This document shows positions 11,221-23,358 of a stretch of 64,000 bases of DNA, one piece after another (the stretch's first letter is position 1; each line of letters begins with the position of its first letter). The DNA lies in NCBI GenBank assembly GCA_046563655.1, contig CM102288.1, positions 5,270,001-5,334,000 on the forward strand, read 5' to 3'. Origin of the DNA: Yuukianura sp. NJ FZ-2021. Taxonomy: Eukaryota. Position numbers and translations under genes: made by a program. The notes under the pieces are model-generated. The model was not told the DNA's origin, made no database searches, and saw nothing but the letters and a program-made list of their open reading frames with translations.

Positions 11221-12165
11221 ATGCATGTCGATTTTGCTTTAAGAATTTTCACACCATTGCTGTCGGTCTTACTTGCACATCAAGTTGAACTTTCTTTTGC
11301 GCAGGTATAATTTCCAGTTTTCAGAATCTCAGAAGTTCAAAAATTTCACTATTTTGAAAATTCTTTTAATAAAATTAGTTTCCAAAAAAAATTTCAGGCT
11401 CCCCTAGTTCCTACTGAGCACATTGACTACATCTTCCTCCGTTTGTCGCACCTCCTGGATCAGACGCCACGTGAAATTTCAAAACTTCGCGCCCTCCTGA
11501 ACGAAGAACTTGAAAGATCACCGGCATACAAAGAAGCTTGGACCGAAGGCACAGAAATTTTTAAATCCCGAAAATCGCAACTGATCAACCGCAGAGACCT
11601 GTTTCGAGTGCCAGACGAGTATCACATTGCCCTCATCACTTATACTATTCACGACACGCCCAAAGATTGGCCATTCTACAGCGTCTTCAACTCAGCTACG
11701 CGCAAACTCGCTACGGGCACGGATGTTGAAAACTTCAAGTTCAAGAGTTTCTTCCAACTTCTGCATCTTGCAGTGGAAACTTTAGGAAAAAAGAAAAAGT
11801 TCGCTCCGAAGTATGACAAACTGTTCCGAGGAGTGACGATTCGCTATGATTGGTTGTCTGATCAGGACGTTGCATTTCAGCAGTTCACTTCTCTGTCAGA
11901 GAATCGAACAGTTTCTGAAATTTATTCTGGAGGAGTTACGTTGTTGGTTTTCAAAAATATGGAAAACATTGGAATTTCAATGGAGTACCATTCTAAATTC
12001 CCGGGAGAATCCGAAATTCTGGTGTCTCCTTTCCAGGTTTTTGAAGTTACCAAGGTTGTCCCGGGAGATGGAGAGAGTTTTGACATGTTTGAAATGGAAC
12101 CAACAAATGCCAAAACGGGATTCAGGTATTTTTGTGACAAAAAGCCCCAGGACGACTATCTGTGA
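11221..12165 (+). CDS. Secreted ecto-type (ARTC, R-S-EXE) mono-ADP-ribosyltransferase, 283 aa
   Basis: Signal-peptide exon 11221-11304 (MHVDFALRIFTPLLSVLLAHQVELSFAQ) plus exon 11398-12165. Motifs HIALITYT, FYSVFNSATR, LFRG, FTSLS, SKFPGESEILVSPFQVFEV. Confidence 0.85.
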
Positions 12166-12822
12166 CGTTAATTAGCTGAAGACGGACTAAATTTGTTAAT
12201 TGTGTCTGTTATGTTCGGAGTAATATAAATATAATGTTGAGTTATATTATATAGTATAGTTATATTGCTGTATAAATTTTGAAAATGAAATAAATACTAA
12301 AATTGTACTCGTTGTGTCTTTGATGTTTTATATTTAAAAAGTTTCTAATTTCATATTAATAAAACACACAATCTTTCTAAACGTTTTTTTTTCCAGGTTG
12401 AAATTACGGTTTCAATCATGAGTGCAAAACGTGTTGTTATGTCCAGCAATTTTTAATTTCTGCAGTGAAAATCTTGAATTTGTTAATTAAACTTTATCTA
12501 GCAGTTGGAAAATATTTTAGGAGTTCATGTTAATGTTTAGTTTCGTGTTTGATTGTCATTAACTCCAAGAACAAGTTGAAATTGGCGTGTTTTGTTAAGT
12601 CAAAGCACGAGAGACGGAAGTGACTTCCAGACTTTCTTTAAAACTTACTCTTTTCTAAATTTTAGGACAAGGAGACACTTTGGTAAATTTGACACACTTC
12701 GGTGACCCTTCAGAAATAAAAGCACTTGAATGAATTCCAAATGCCTCAGTCGTCATTTCATAATGCGTGTAAAGCCAACTTCAATTTTTAGTGTCCCTCG
12801 AAATTTAAAATTTCCAGCCAAA

Positions 12823-15700
12823 ATGGCTGGAACTTTTGGAAGTAACAACAACCAAGCTGGAAAGCCTTTTGAAAGTCAAGGTGACCTGTGCTGCGGCCAC
12901 CCGCCGCTGACATGCCATGCTATTGACTTCTGCAACGAAACGGCAATGCATGGCCTCAAGTACATTGTTCAACCAAAACGGCATTTCGCCGAAAGGTAGA
13001 GTTTACTTTTTTCGAACAAATTGGTTCGAAACAAATTGGTTCAAAAAATTGGCGCGAAAACAACTTGGTTTGAAGCAAATGTGTTCGAAATGCTTAAAGT
13101 ATTTCGAAATGGATTTAAACATTTTCTTCCAAGCAATAACGTTCTGTTTTTATAAGGAATTAGCTAATTTTAAATTATCAACACATTATTCCAAAGGAAT
13201 TTTCACGAAAACGTAAACCGAGGATAATTGTTTGATTTTGGCGGGAATTGTTTTAGGCTGTTTTGGTTGGCGTCTTTTGGCATTGGCCTTGGTCTGTCTG
13301 TGTGGTTGATCCAAGACGTTTTCCGGAAGTACAAGGAAAATCCAATCATCGTTTCCTTCTGGCCAGTCGAAACACTCGTTTCGGAAGTTCCGTTTCCCGC
13401 CGTAACTGTTTGCAACATGAACAGAATTCTAAAAAGCAAAGCATTGGAGTACATCAGGTAAACAAATTTTTTGATACTCATACGTAGTACTGCATCTCAA
13501 CTTGTACTTTTCTTGCAGAGCTGCGCATGCAGTTGACCTAGATGCAGGTCAGTTGACCCCTGAGGCTATTAAGGCATTGTCTAATTTCTATAGCCTCAAC
13601 CATGTCTGCTCATCTCCCAAAAGTTTCACGCAAACTTTTAATTTGAGCGCCACGGAGGGAGTGGCAGACGAAAGGATTATAAACAAAGTCAAAAATTTGA
13701 AACTCACCTCCAACGACACCTCTCTACATTATTTTTTCAAAGAGGTAACATTTTCCAAAATTTCGAAAGTTTTTGAATATCCTGCTTTTTTTACACAAAG
13801 CTATTTTCTGCTTTTTAAGAGTTCGCAACCATGCCGTCAAATGATTCCGCTCTGTGTCTGGCGTGACAATGTGCGCAATTGCAGTGAACTTTTTAGACAC
13901 ATCGAAACTGGTACAAAATATTGCTTACCCTTGAAAATTTCTGGTTTACAATTTTGAAAACTTTTGGTTTTCAGATTTTGGAAAATGCTGCACGTTCAAC
14001 ATGGCTCCCCAACTCCTCCTGACAACATTCAAGTATGAGTCATACGACACGGAATTTAATTTTCAGAAATTCTCGAAAAAAAGCAAAAATTTTCATTAAC
14101 TTCTGCTTTTTATTGTAAAAATTTGAAAATTGCAGTAATCCTGCCAACGCGAGTGCGAAATCCCGCGAAGCTGCTGCTGCGTGGAGCTCAGTCGGCTCTT
14201 CTTTGGACACGGAGGACCTTGTTCCGAAAACAACCGAAGCCAAGGAGCGACTTGCCGAATTTCCATTTCCGCGCCGCGCCAGAAGCGCTGGAAAAACTTA
14301 CGGCCTCTCTTTCCTCTTACGACCGGATTTACCCGAGTACTTTTGCAGTGGATCTGATTCAATAGGATTCAGAGTAAAACTAACAAAATTTCAACAAAAG
14401 CTGAATAGTTTTTATGAATTTTTACATTTATATTACTTCATAATTTTTAATTTTGAAATTCTTAAGATCACTACCCATTTTACGACAGCGATGCCTCATC
14501 TGATTGACTTTGGAACTGTTGTTGAACCGAGCTCAGAAGCTTTCATTCAGGTCACTCCAGACATCACCATTGGAGATGACAGCATCAAAGGACTTTCACT
14601 CGTAAGTGGGTCAAAGGTCATCAGAGGTCATTGATCTTTCTCGGGTCAATGACCTTCAGTTATGGAAAGATCAATGTTACAAGTAGGTCATTGACTTTTC
14701 TTAGGAAAGCAGAAGGTGCTACCTGAAGGGCGAGTTTACTCTGAAATTTTATCGATTCTACACAAGAGAAAACTGTATTGATGAGTGCGTGACAAACACC
14801 ACTTTTGAGGTAAAAAACAATTTTTTTTTTCGAAAATTCACTCAAAATTGAACAAAAATTTCTGAAATTTTCCCACTTTGCATACGCTATACGCTTACGT
14901 CAGAATTGCCATTGTGTTCGCTACTATATGACAAGTGAGACAAACACTTTGTTCAAAAAAACGTTTGAAAAAAAATTTTTTTCACAGAAAAATGAAACAA
15001 AATCGTAACAATTTTTTTTGAAAATTGCAAAAACTGCCAGATGATGGAACTCAACAGTTGTGTGGACCAACAAAATTCAATTGTACGGAAATTGTACGTC
15101 GTAAGTGAAAAATATTCAATTAACCTGATCTTTGACAATTTGAAAATTGGCGGGATTTGTTTTTAGATAAAATTTTGAATGCGAGAGACGGACAATTCTG
15201 CCATCAATGTAGACCAACTTGTACTGAAATCAGCTACAGCACCGCCACCACATTCACTCCCTTGCAAAGTGATCTCGAACTTTGGAGCAGCACTACCAAT
15301 ACGTAAATGCAAAAAGTGCAACAAACAATTAGCTCAGCACAAATTACTCTGAAAAATATTAATTACTTTTGAACTTATTGCTGTTGAACTGCTTAGAACG
15401 AATCACAACGCCTCCATTGTCCACCTTTTCTTCTCTGAGCAAAGTTTCTACCCCAAAATTCGGAAGGAATTGTTTGGCATCACTGATCTGACTGGTGAAT
15501 TTTTTTTTTACAATATCACAGAAACTTAATTTTAAAAACTTATTTCTAAATAGAATTCTGCTTTACATTAATTTCGTTTATTTTAAATAATTTCAGCGAG
15601 TGTTGGTGGTTTGCTGGGCCTTTGCCTTGGTTTCAGTGCGTTGAGTGCTGTCGAACTTATTTATTTTCTCACCATCCGACCCTGGGCCACAAGACCTTAA
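12823..15700 (+). CDS. DEG/ENaC (pickpocket-like) sodium channel subunit, 13 exons
   Basis: FCNETAMHGLKYI pre-TM1, TM1, VPFPAVTVCNMN, TDFGKCCTFN, Cys-rich thumb (RRCY, ENCIDEC, CHC, CRPTC), TM2 ASVGGLLGLCLGFSALSAVELIYF. All exons join in frame via GT-AG to TAA at 15698-15700. Confidence 0.93.
14608..14697. promoter_or_regulatory. Intronic cluster of nuclear-receptor half-sites (DR1, DR4, three IR1/EcRE-like elements)
   Basis: GGGTCAaAGGTCAtcagAGGTCAtTGATCT ttctc GGGTCAaTGACCT ... AGGTCAtTGACTT within intron 14602-14704. Half-sites are unchanged in the copy at 62920-63022. Confidence 0.45.
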
Positions 15701-16262
15701 GCAATTTTTTTTTCATTTAAAAATTTTAGATCGTATATGGAAATTCAAACATTTTTTTGGAATTTTTAAAACTCTCTGATGAAGATTCGAATTTTTGTTT
15801 TAAAAAAAACCTTCGACAAGAATTCCGTCAGGACTTCGACTGCTATCCATCAACAAATTTTTGCTCAAAAGTAGTTTTGTTTTGTAAAAACAAGAAAAGC
15901 TTTTTTTGAAGTCAACTTAATCATATAATATCGTGACTGTTTTGAGGTCACGTCAAAGGCAAGTTAAGTCCTGTGATATCGTGTCCACTTTAAGGAACGA
16001 GCATTTTCAGGCTTGCCAATGGTTCTAGTATTCAGAACTAAATATTAATGAAATTGAAAGTATACGTTTGGATTAGGAAAATGCTTTGAAAAATATCCAT
16101 GAAATTATTTAGCAATTCAAAGAAACGCGCGATTCGACTTTCATAAAGTTCGAGGTAATTATACAATTCGCCACAGTTATTGCCTCGTGTGAAGTTGAAA
16201 TCCACAAATATAACTTTTTAGTTGTGTGTTAACAGTTGCTTTAAAGAAAACAGGATTTCAAA

Positions 16263-18696
16263 ATGAGTTTAATTATACCGTTGGTTTTAAATTTCCTACT
16301 ATTCTTACCCATTAATTTTGCTTTTGACAAACGGGAGTTAATGGTGGAAAATTTAAATCAATACTTGAACTTTTTCAGCGATTGCAGAGTCCATCTTTAT
16401 TTTGACAACAAAAATGTCGGTTTAGAGGAACCTTCAATTCCTGTCTACATTGGAAACGTACGTTCGACTCCCAGTCCAACAAGTCTTGACAATTTCTTCA
16501 CCACTAAAACTCTACAAAATTGGCACTATGAGTTGTATCTAAACGCCTCCGATTCAACATCTCACTTTTGTGTCATCTATTTCTTTATTCATTACAAAAT
16601 GAATTGGGCTGGATTCTTTGGAACAAGTGCATTTCAGCGCGGCGAATTTCTATTTTTTCCGGGAGCAACCGTTTCCTTTGTTATTTTCCATGATCCTAAA
16701 GTAGAAGAGCCACGAAAGAATACCGGGGGCAAATATTTGGTAAACTATGAAATTCCATATGCAATTTGTAAGCTACAAGAGAAACATTTCTCCAAAAGAG
16801 CGGCTCATCGGCGTTACTTTGCTGTAAACAGAATTGTGCTTGGGGAATTTATGAACAGAAGAGATGAGGTGTTTCCAATCCCTTTGATTTGCAGATTGGC
16901 CCACGATAAACAGTATTGCTTGCCGAGCAAGCAAATGCTTCGTATAACCCTATATAGAAATAGTCAAGGAAAGTTCGTACGGTTTGCAGTAGATGGGAAA
17001 CGCTGCGGCCCAACCGATGTTAACATTACTGATGAAATCGTGACTAAATTTTTTGGGCCTCCAGAAAAGATGGTGAGCAATACATTATGGTTGCGCAACT
17101 CAGTGAATACGACGAGAATACATCATCATGATGGTCTTGTATCCTTAGACGACGTCAGTATTTTTGATATCCATCTTCTATTTCACTTGATTGGTGCCAC
17201 AATTAGCTGTTTTACGGTAATTCATGCAGATAAATTTGTGGACCCACCGAACACAGGTTCCTATTTTTTAATGCCAATGAATAACCTAATGTTCGACGAC
17301 GTTGTAAGAGTGCTCGGAATTGACAGAAAACCAGCATTTGTGGACTACTATTCGTCTTGGCCCAAGATGGTGGTACAAACGGAAATAAACAAAGTTCTGT
17401 TTGCAACTTGTGATGGTGTTCACACTGCATTGTCTTTTGAAATTTATTTGGATCCATTCGACTGGCATATCTGGCTGTTCATGGCTTTTTCTGTCGTTCT
17501 CTTAATTCCTACGTCGCTGGCCGGGGTAACGCTATTAAAACAACATAAAGTACAATACGTGATAATTTTTGCAAAGTACGTCGAATCTGCACTGTTTACC
17601 TTAGTTGACGTAAGTTCCAGTATTAGTGACAAGGTACTGGAAAAACTACAACTAAAATCCTACCATCGAGTTGTGTTTGGAACATGGCTCATACTGTGCG
17701 TTGTGTTGGTCAATGCATACAAGGGGCTGTTTACCTCCCAAATGTCTGGGCCACTAAAACCGCAACATACGTACATAAAACCAACAGACCTCGGAGGCTT
17801 TTTACTATTTGGAGCAGGCTCCAAAACTATGGCCCGAATTTATGCAAAATATCAAAAACAAGACTGATGTATATATTAACCCAGTGTACTGCGACTGCTT
17901 GGATCTTGGCATTCGTGTCGGCCCAAAGAGGTCGCACGACGATTGTGGTGCTTTGAAAAGAGTTAGAGCTCAATTGGACTACGTCCGCTCGAACTATGTC
18001 ACAAACACGACAGTAACAGACGCTTTCTGTCGCCAGCTTCCGCCTGAAGTTGCAGCTGACTATTGGACAATCTTTCAACTGGGTGGGTCTGACGCAAATG
18101 CAAAACTAAATTGTACGCGCGACAGTTGCAAACCGGTGTTTATAAGCTACTTATTCTCTGGCAGGGACGAAGAAGATAAAATTTCTAAGTTTGCCGAATG
18201 TGATAAGGTTGCAGTTATGGATTACAAAGATGACGTTCACTACATTGTAAACAACTTAGTTATAGAGTCCCAGGGCAATAAGTCAGTTCCCAATCAGTTT
18301 ACCATAGGAAAAGAACCAGTGGCTTCAACATGGGAGGGGTATGTTCTTGAGCGCCCCTATCCAAAACTTAGACTTGCTCAGTCCAGGATTCTCCAAAGGT
18401 TGCAAGCTCTCGTCGAAAATGGAATTCAAACGTTTTGGCAAGGCTGGTTTGAGTGTATAACAGAAGGACAAATTAGTACATTGGAAACTAAAGAAACGGC
18501 GGCAAAGGTACGGCTGTTACCGAAAACGATTACACTGGAAACAAACATTGTGTCCAGTGGTATTGTGTGGGCTGTCGGAGTTGTAGCTGCTATGGTGGTT
18601 TTCATTGGTGAGAAGTGCTCAGTCATGGACTCCCGTACAGTTTGGATGGAGTTTCAGCTATTACTGTGCATTTACAGCTTTAGCCGAAAAAATTAG
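16263..18696 (+). pseudogene. Intronless divergent ionotropic-receptor (variant iGluR)-like gene with one frameshift (pseudogene or sequence error)
   Basis: Signal peptide, TCDG...SFEIYLDPFDWHIW+TM1, FGTWLILCVVLVNAYKGLFTSQM (M2), LQALVENGIQTFW plus final TM in the second ORF. The two ORFs are offset by +1 between 17779 and 17867. Confidence 0.75.
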
Positions 18697-19243
18697 TTTT
18701 GACTATTGCTGAATAGTTAGTAAAAGTTTTAGAATAACCACACCATGAAGTATTTTGAACACGTTCCTATTAGTTTAAAAACCAAACTTCCTTTGAATAT
18801 TTGAAAGTTGGAGACATATCCCAACCGGGAACCAAGCTTTCTTTGTAATTTCAGTCGCTTGCAAAACAAAAAATGTTGTCAATGTTTTTTTTGCCTTAAC
18901 CAGAATCCTTTAAAAAATACTTACAACACCAGTGAACAAAATGCAACCAGAATTTCTCCTAAAAGTTGTGTAAAGGGGAAGTTGAACCAATTGTAATTGT
19001 AAATAAAATAAGTTGTGATTCCGCTTTCACATTTTGAGAGAGAAAAATTAAGACTAATTTTTTTTTGTTACTCAAATTTTTCAGACGATTATAAAGAATT
19101 GAAACTGTTACTAAATGAAGTTGCAACATGGATTTCAACTAAATGTACTTGTAGAAGAATACGCAGGTCTAATTCGATTGAGTTAAGGCAACGCGGAGTA
19201 ATGTAGTGGCTAAGTCGCGTGTAACCCCAGTAGGAACAATTTT

Positions 19244-19560
19244 GGGAAATTTCGCCGGAATGCTCTAGGAAGGTGGGATTTCGCTTTTTTTCTATCTTTA
19301 GATTTTTCAAATAATTTCTAATAACTCTAAATTAACCCAATTAAAAACGCGTATATACATCATGTCGTGATTTTTGTTTCACAAAATGTTGGGCGAAATT
19401 TATTAGAAAAGTGATTCGAACTATTTCCCAAGTAAAAGTCAATTAACGTAAAGTTTGGAATTTCCCTAAATTAGTTTTTTAATCGTTTCGTCTGAACCAA
19501 TTTAACCTAATCTCAATATCCGGGCTAATTAGCAGAATCCAGGCTATGTATGTATAAATA
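19244..19560 (+). promoter_or_regulatory. Promoter of the MiAMP1-like gene: kappaB-like sites and TATA box
   Basis: GGGAAATTTC at 19244-19253, GGAATTTCCC (reverse GGGAAATTCC) at 19457-19466, TATAAATA at 19553-19560. Confidence 0.5.
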
Positions 19561-19662
19561 CCGTTAAATCTTTCTTTTGCCCTAACTTATAAACAAAGTT
19601 TACAAAACGCGTAAATTATTTTTGAGGAGAAAAGTTGCGAATTTTCTGCTTCTCGAAAAATT

Positions 19663-20039
19663 ATGGCCATGCCAACTTTATTGAGCATTTTTGTCGTCGT
19701 TTTGGTCTTCGGGGTTATTGGTAAAAAAATGATATTATTCAGACAAAAGTTAAACTTGAAGAGCAATCTACTAAATCGTTTTTTAAAGTCGCAGTAGATG
19801 GAAGTCGTTTCGTAGCCTCGAGCTACAGCAACTTCAGTGGAAGCAAAAGTACAATCACGGCTTGTGGCTGCAGCAGCATTACACGGAGCGGCTCCTACAA
19901 ATGGACTGCGCAGGGTCAAACTGGGCGTGTGTACAACCAAGGAAACTGCCAAGGAGTTGCTGATTTTACGTTGGCTTCGGACACAGATACACAACAAGCC
20001 TCTGGATTTGGATGGAAAAGTATATTTATTGTTTGCTAA
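19663..20039 (+). CDS. Secreted MiAMP1-family (beta-barrelin) antimicrobial peptide
   Basis: Exon 19663-19720 (MAMPTLLSIFVVVLVFGVI), phase-1 intron, exon 19795-20039 (in-frame alternative acceptors at 19789 and 19798). Mature peptide SRFVASSYSNFSGSKSTITACGCSSITRSGSYKWTAQGQTGRVYNQGNCQGVADFTLASDTDTQQASGFGWKSIFIVC aligns end to end with MiAMP1 (CGCS.I, GQT...YNQ..C.GVA, FGWKSIFI.C). Confidence 0.9.
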
Positions 20040-21075
20040 CACAACATAAACTAAAAGGTTACTTAAGCTCCGTTACACAACATAAGTTATCTTAGACTAG
20101 GTAACATAACTTAATCTAGTGAGGTCATGTAGTTACGTGACCTGGCTAAGCTCACTAACTAACCTAACTCACTAACCTAAAATCCAATCACACCAAAACT
20201 TGGTCACTTCATTACCATCATACAAAAATTTGCTAATAGTGCGCTTCTGAAATTTGGACACAATTAAAATTCTTTCCCTGAAAACCGTTTAGGAAATAAT
20301 AAGTTGATGCTTCTGAAATTTATTTTTCTTAACTTACAATCTCTTTCCTCAAAATTTGTTCTCGTTTTGCAATTTTTTAGTTACATAAGTAAGAAACGAT
20401 CTGCCAAGAATTCTTCCGGCTTGTTCCAAATTTGAGAACCGTGCAAAATTTTCCACAAATTTGGTATAAAAATTGTATCCTTTGTGGTACTATAAATCAC
20501 GTAAACTCAAAATTGTAACTTTTGCGCTACATGGTGGATAACCAACACCGGGAAAATGGATACAAATTTCGTGTATTGCAACTTTACCGTGACGTATGTT
20601 CATCTAACCAAACGAGGCAAATGGTTTTGTAATATTATTTTTCAAGTGTTTTAACTTTAAAAAAGCATTGAAAAAAAAAATAACATAATGCCCAGAAAAA
20701 AATTGAAATTTTTAATCCTTGTGTAAGTGTTTCTTTCGAACTTTTTAATATATGGCCGTTGGCTCGGGCGACCTTCACTGAAATGCGGAACTGAAGCGAG
20801 GTCAAGCACTAGTTTTAACGCCAGTTCAGAACCGACTTTGAATTAATTACGGAGACAGTGGTGTCGAAATTTTGAAGAATCTGTTGAAAACGGGGTTGAG
20901 TGAAGTGGCCCAGTCGTGGTCAAATTTATCAGGTTGCGGTTAGGAAGCTTTCCTGTTTCCAGCAATTTGACTTAATTAACTTCGACTAATTTACAGCCAA
21001 AGATTCATCAGGCGATGGATTTTAAGTTTCGGAAGCACAAGCACACGCAGTGTCTCTTTGACACTATTTCACATC

Positions 21076-23154
21076 ATGAGTTGGTTCAGTTGCTGCTTGA
21101 ATTGTTTCTACTGCTTCCGGAAACGGAGTCGACGCACGCGCAGACTCGATGGAGACAGTCAGCAACAAGCCATGATTCTTCAGGAAAATTCTGCTCAGAA
21201 AAATTACACTGATTTGGGCAATGTTCTTCCCTCCACGTCCAACAAAGGACTTGTAAGTACACAACGTTTTCCTTGAAAAATATTTTTTTGATAGAATTTC
21301 AAACGAAAAAATGTTGGTTTACTAAATTTGTGCTTAGGAAATCGTGGTTGAGCTAACTATTAATATTACTAAATTGACAGAGTGAAAAGCAATTCTTGGA
21401 AGGCGTAGAGGGACTAATGGACGATGCAGAAAACGTACCAAAAGCTAATTTGGGAAGACTTAAATTCCGCGTAAATTTCAAAATTTTAATGAAATTTCGA
21501 ATTTAAAACTCTTATAACACAATTTAAATTCGGTTTTAATTTTTCAGCTTCAACATGACCCAATTGCCAAATCACTTTCAGTCTTCGTGCTAGAAGCCGA
21601 TGGTCTACCAGCTATGGGTAATTTAAAAAAAAAAAGTTAATCAAAATTTGTACCGTGTTAGAATTTTTTTTTTGAAAAAACACGTTTAATGCAAATGCAG
21701 ATCTTGGCGGCACATCTGACCCTTACGTTAGAATTTCTCTGCTGCCGGAACGTGAAGGCCAATTGAAAACATTTGAAACTCGAGTTCAACAGAAAACTGT
21801 TACTCCATCTTTCAATGAATGTTTTGTCTTTCCGGTATTCAAAAAAGTCCTAAAATTGAAAGAAAGCAAACTTTTCGTCTGTTTTTTGAGTGTTAAAAGA
21901 ATTTGTGTGTGTTTTTTTTGTAGAATGTGCCATTCAGTGAATTGATGAACAAGACCCTGGTATTGGCTATGTTTGACTTTGACCGCTTTTCAAAGCATGA
22001 TCCCATTGGAGAGCTGCGCATTCCCCTCTTCTCTGTGGATTTTATCCACCCTGTTGACGAGTGGCGCCCTCTTCAACCCATTGAAGATTCAGATATGCGT
22101 GGAAACAAGTTAGGCGAGCTTTGTTTCTCACTGCGTTACGTCCCCACCTCTGGAAAACTAACAGTGGTCATAATGGAGGCTAAGAATTTGAAGAAGATGG
22201 ACATGGGCAGCGGCCTTTCGGGTTAGTTTTTGAAATGGGTATGGCACAAACTCCTAGAAAAAGTATAGTCTGTTCGACCTGGCTGCATTTTTATCACTTA
22301 TTATGGGAACTATGAACGTCGTTTTATGAAATATCAATTGAATCATCAATTTTTAACTTCTCGAGACAACTAGATCATAAAAAATTTGGGGTCAAAGGTC
22401 ACCACACCAGTGGTAATTTTTCAGTCCGGTCGCACTGACTCTTTCTTCTTATAGGATTATTTGTGTTATGCCTTTTCTATTAACTTTATATTAAACTATT
22501 TCATATTAATTCATTTTTTTGTAGATCCATTTATCAAGATCTATTTGATGCAAAAAGGGAAGCGTTTGAAGAAAAAGAAAACGACAATTAAAAAACGAAC
22601 ACTCAATCCATACTACAATGAGTCATTCACATTCGATGTTCCGTTCAAGAACATTCCGGTATACTCTTAAAAACTAAAAACAAATAACAATATATCAACA
22701 AACTTCATTAACATAGACACAGACTGCATGAATATAAACAAACCTCTTGGCATATGTTTTAACACGCAATGTGACTAATGGAACGATAAAATTCGTCGTT
22801 TTACTTTTTTTTTGCCAGTATTTGTTTGCTTACTTTTGCACTTTTGGTATCACCGTTTCGTGGATTTTTGTGCGCGGAGTGGCTAAATCTATTTTGCATA
22901 AGTGAAAACCACCAGTCGATTTTTACTAAAATTTTAGTCGTCAAAATTTTACTTTTTAGGACATTTCTTTGGTGTTGACGGTGATTGACTACGATCGGCT
23001 GTCCAAATCGGATCCAATTGGACGAGTTGTGGTGGGTTCGAAGGCGGGAGGACTTGAATTACGGCATTGGACAGACATGTTAGCATCTCCTAGAAGACCA
23101 ATTGTTCAGTGGCATATTCTGAGAGACCCAGACGACAAGAGAGACGACGATTAA
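21076..23154 (+). CDS. Synaptotagmin-1-like tandem C2 protein (start uncertain)
   Basis: Exons 21076-21252, 21381-21470, 21548-21617, 21701-21834, 21924-22221, 22525-22658, 22960-23154. C2[13 protein letters not shown]...[11 protein letters not shown]2B KMD...[22 protein letters not shown], WHxL. Frame is also open upstream to an acceptor at 20996. Confidence 0.88.
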
Positions 23155-23358
23155 GACAACTGATACAACTTAATGCTACTGCTTAATTTACTGAAATTGA
23201 TTTAAAATTAAGTAATAAAATGTCTTGTTATATTACACTTTGTTTTAAAACTAGGAAAACCACTTCATAGTTTGGCTTTGTCTGTCTGTCCGCTCGGGAA
23301 CATTTTGAAAACATTATATTTAATGTAATTCTTGTTCCGACAGAACGGTTTTAAAGTA

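Noticed and set aside
19587..20049. ORF-track ORFs 19587-20042 (-) and 19837-20049 (+)
   Set aside because: Shadow frames of the MiAMP1-like exon, which lies in another plus frame.
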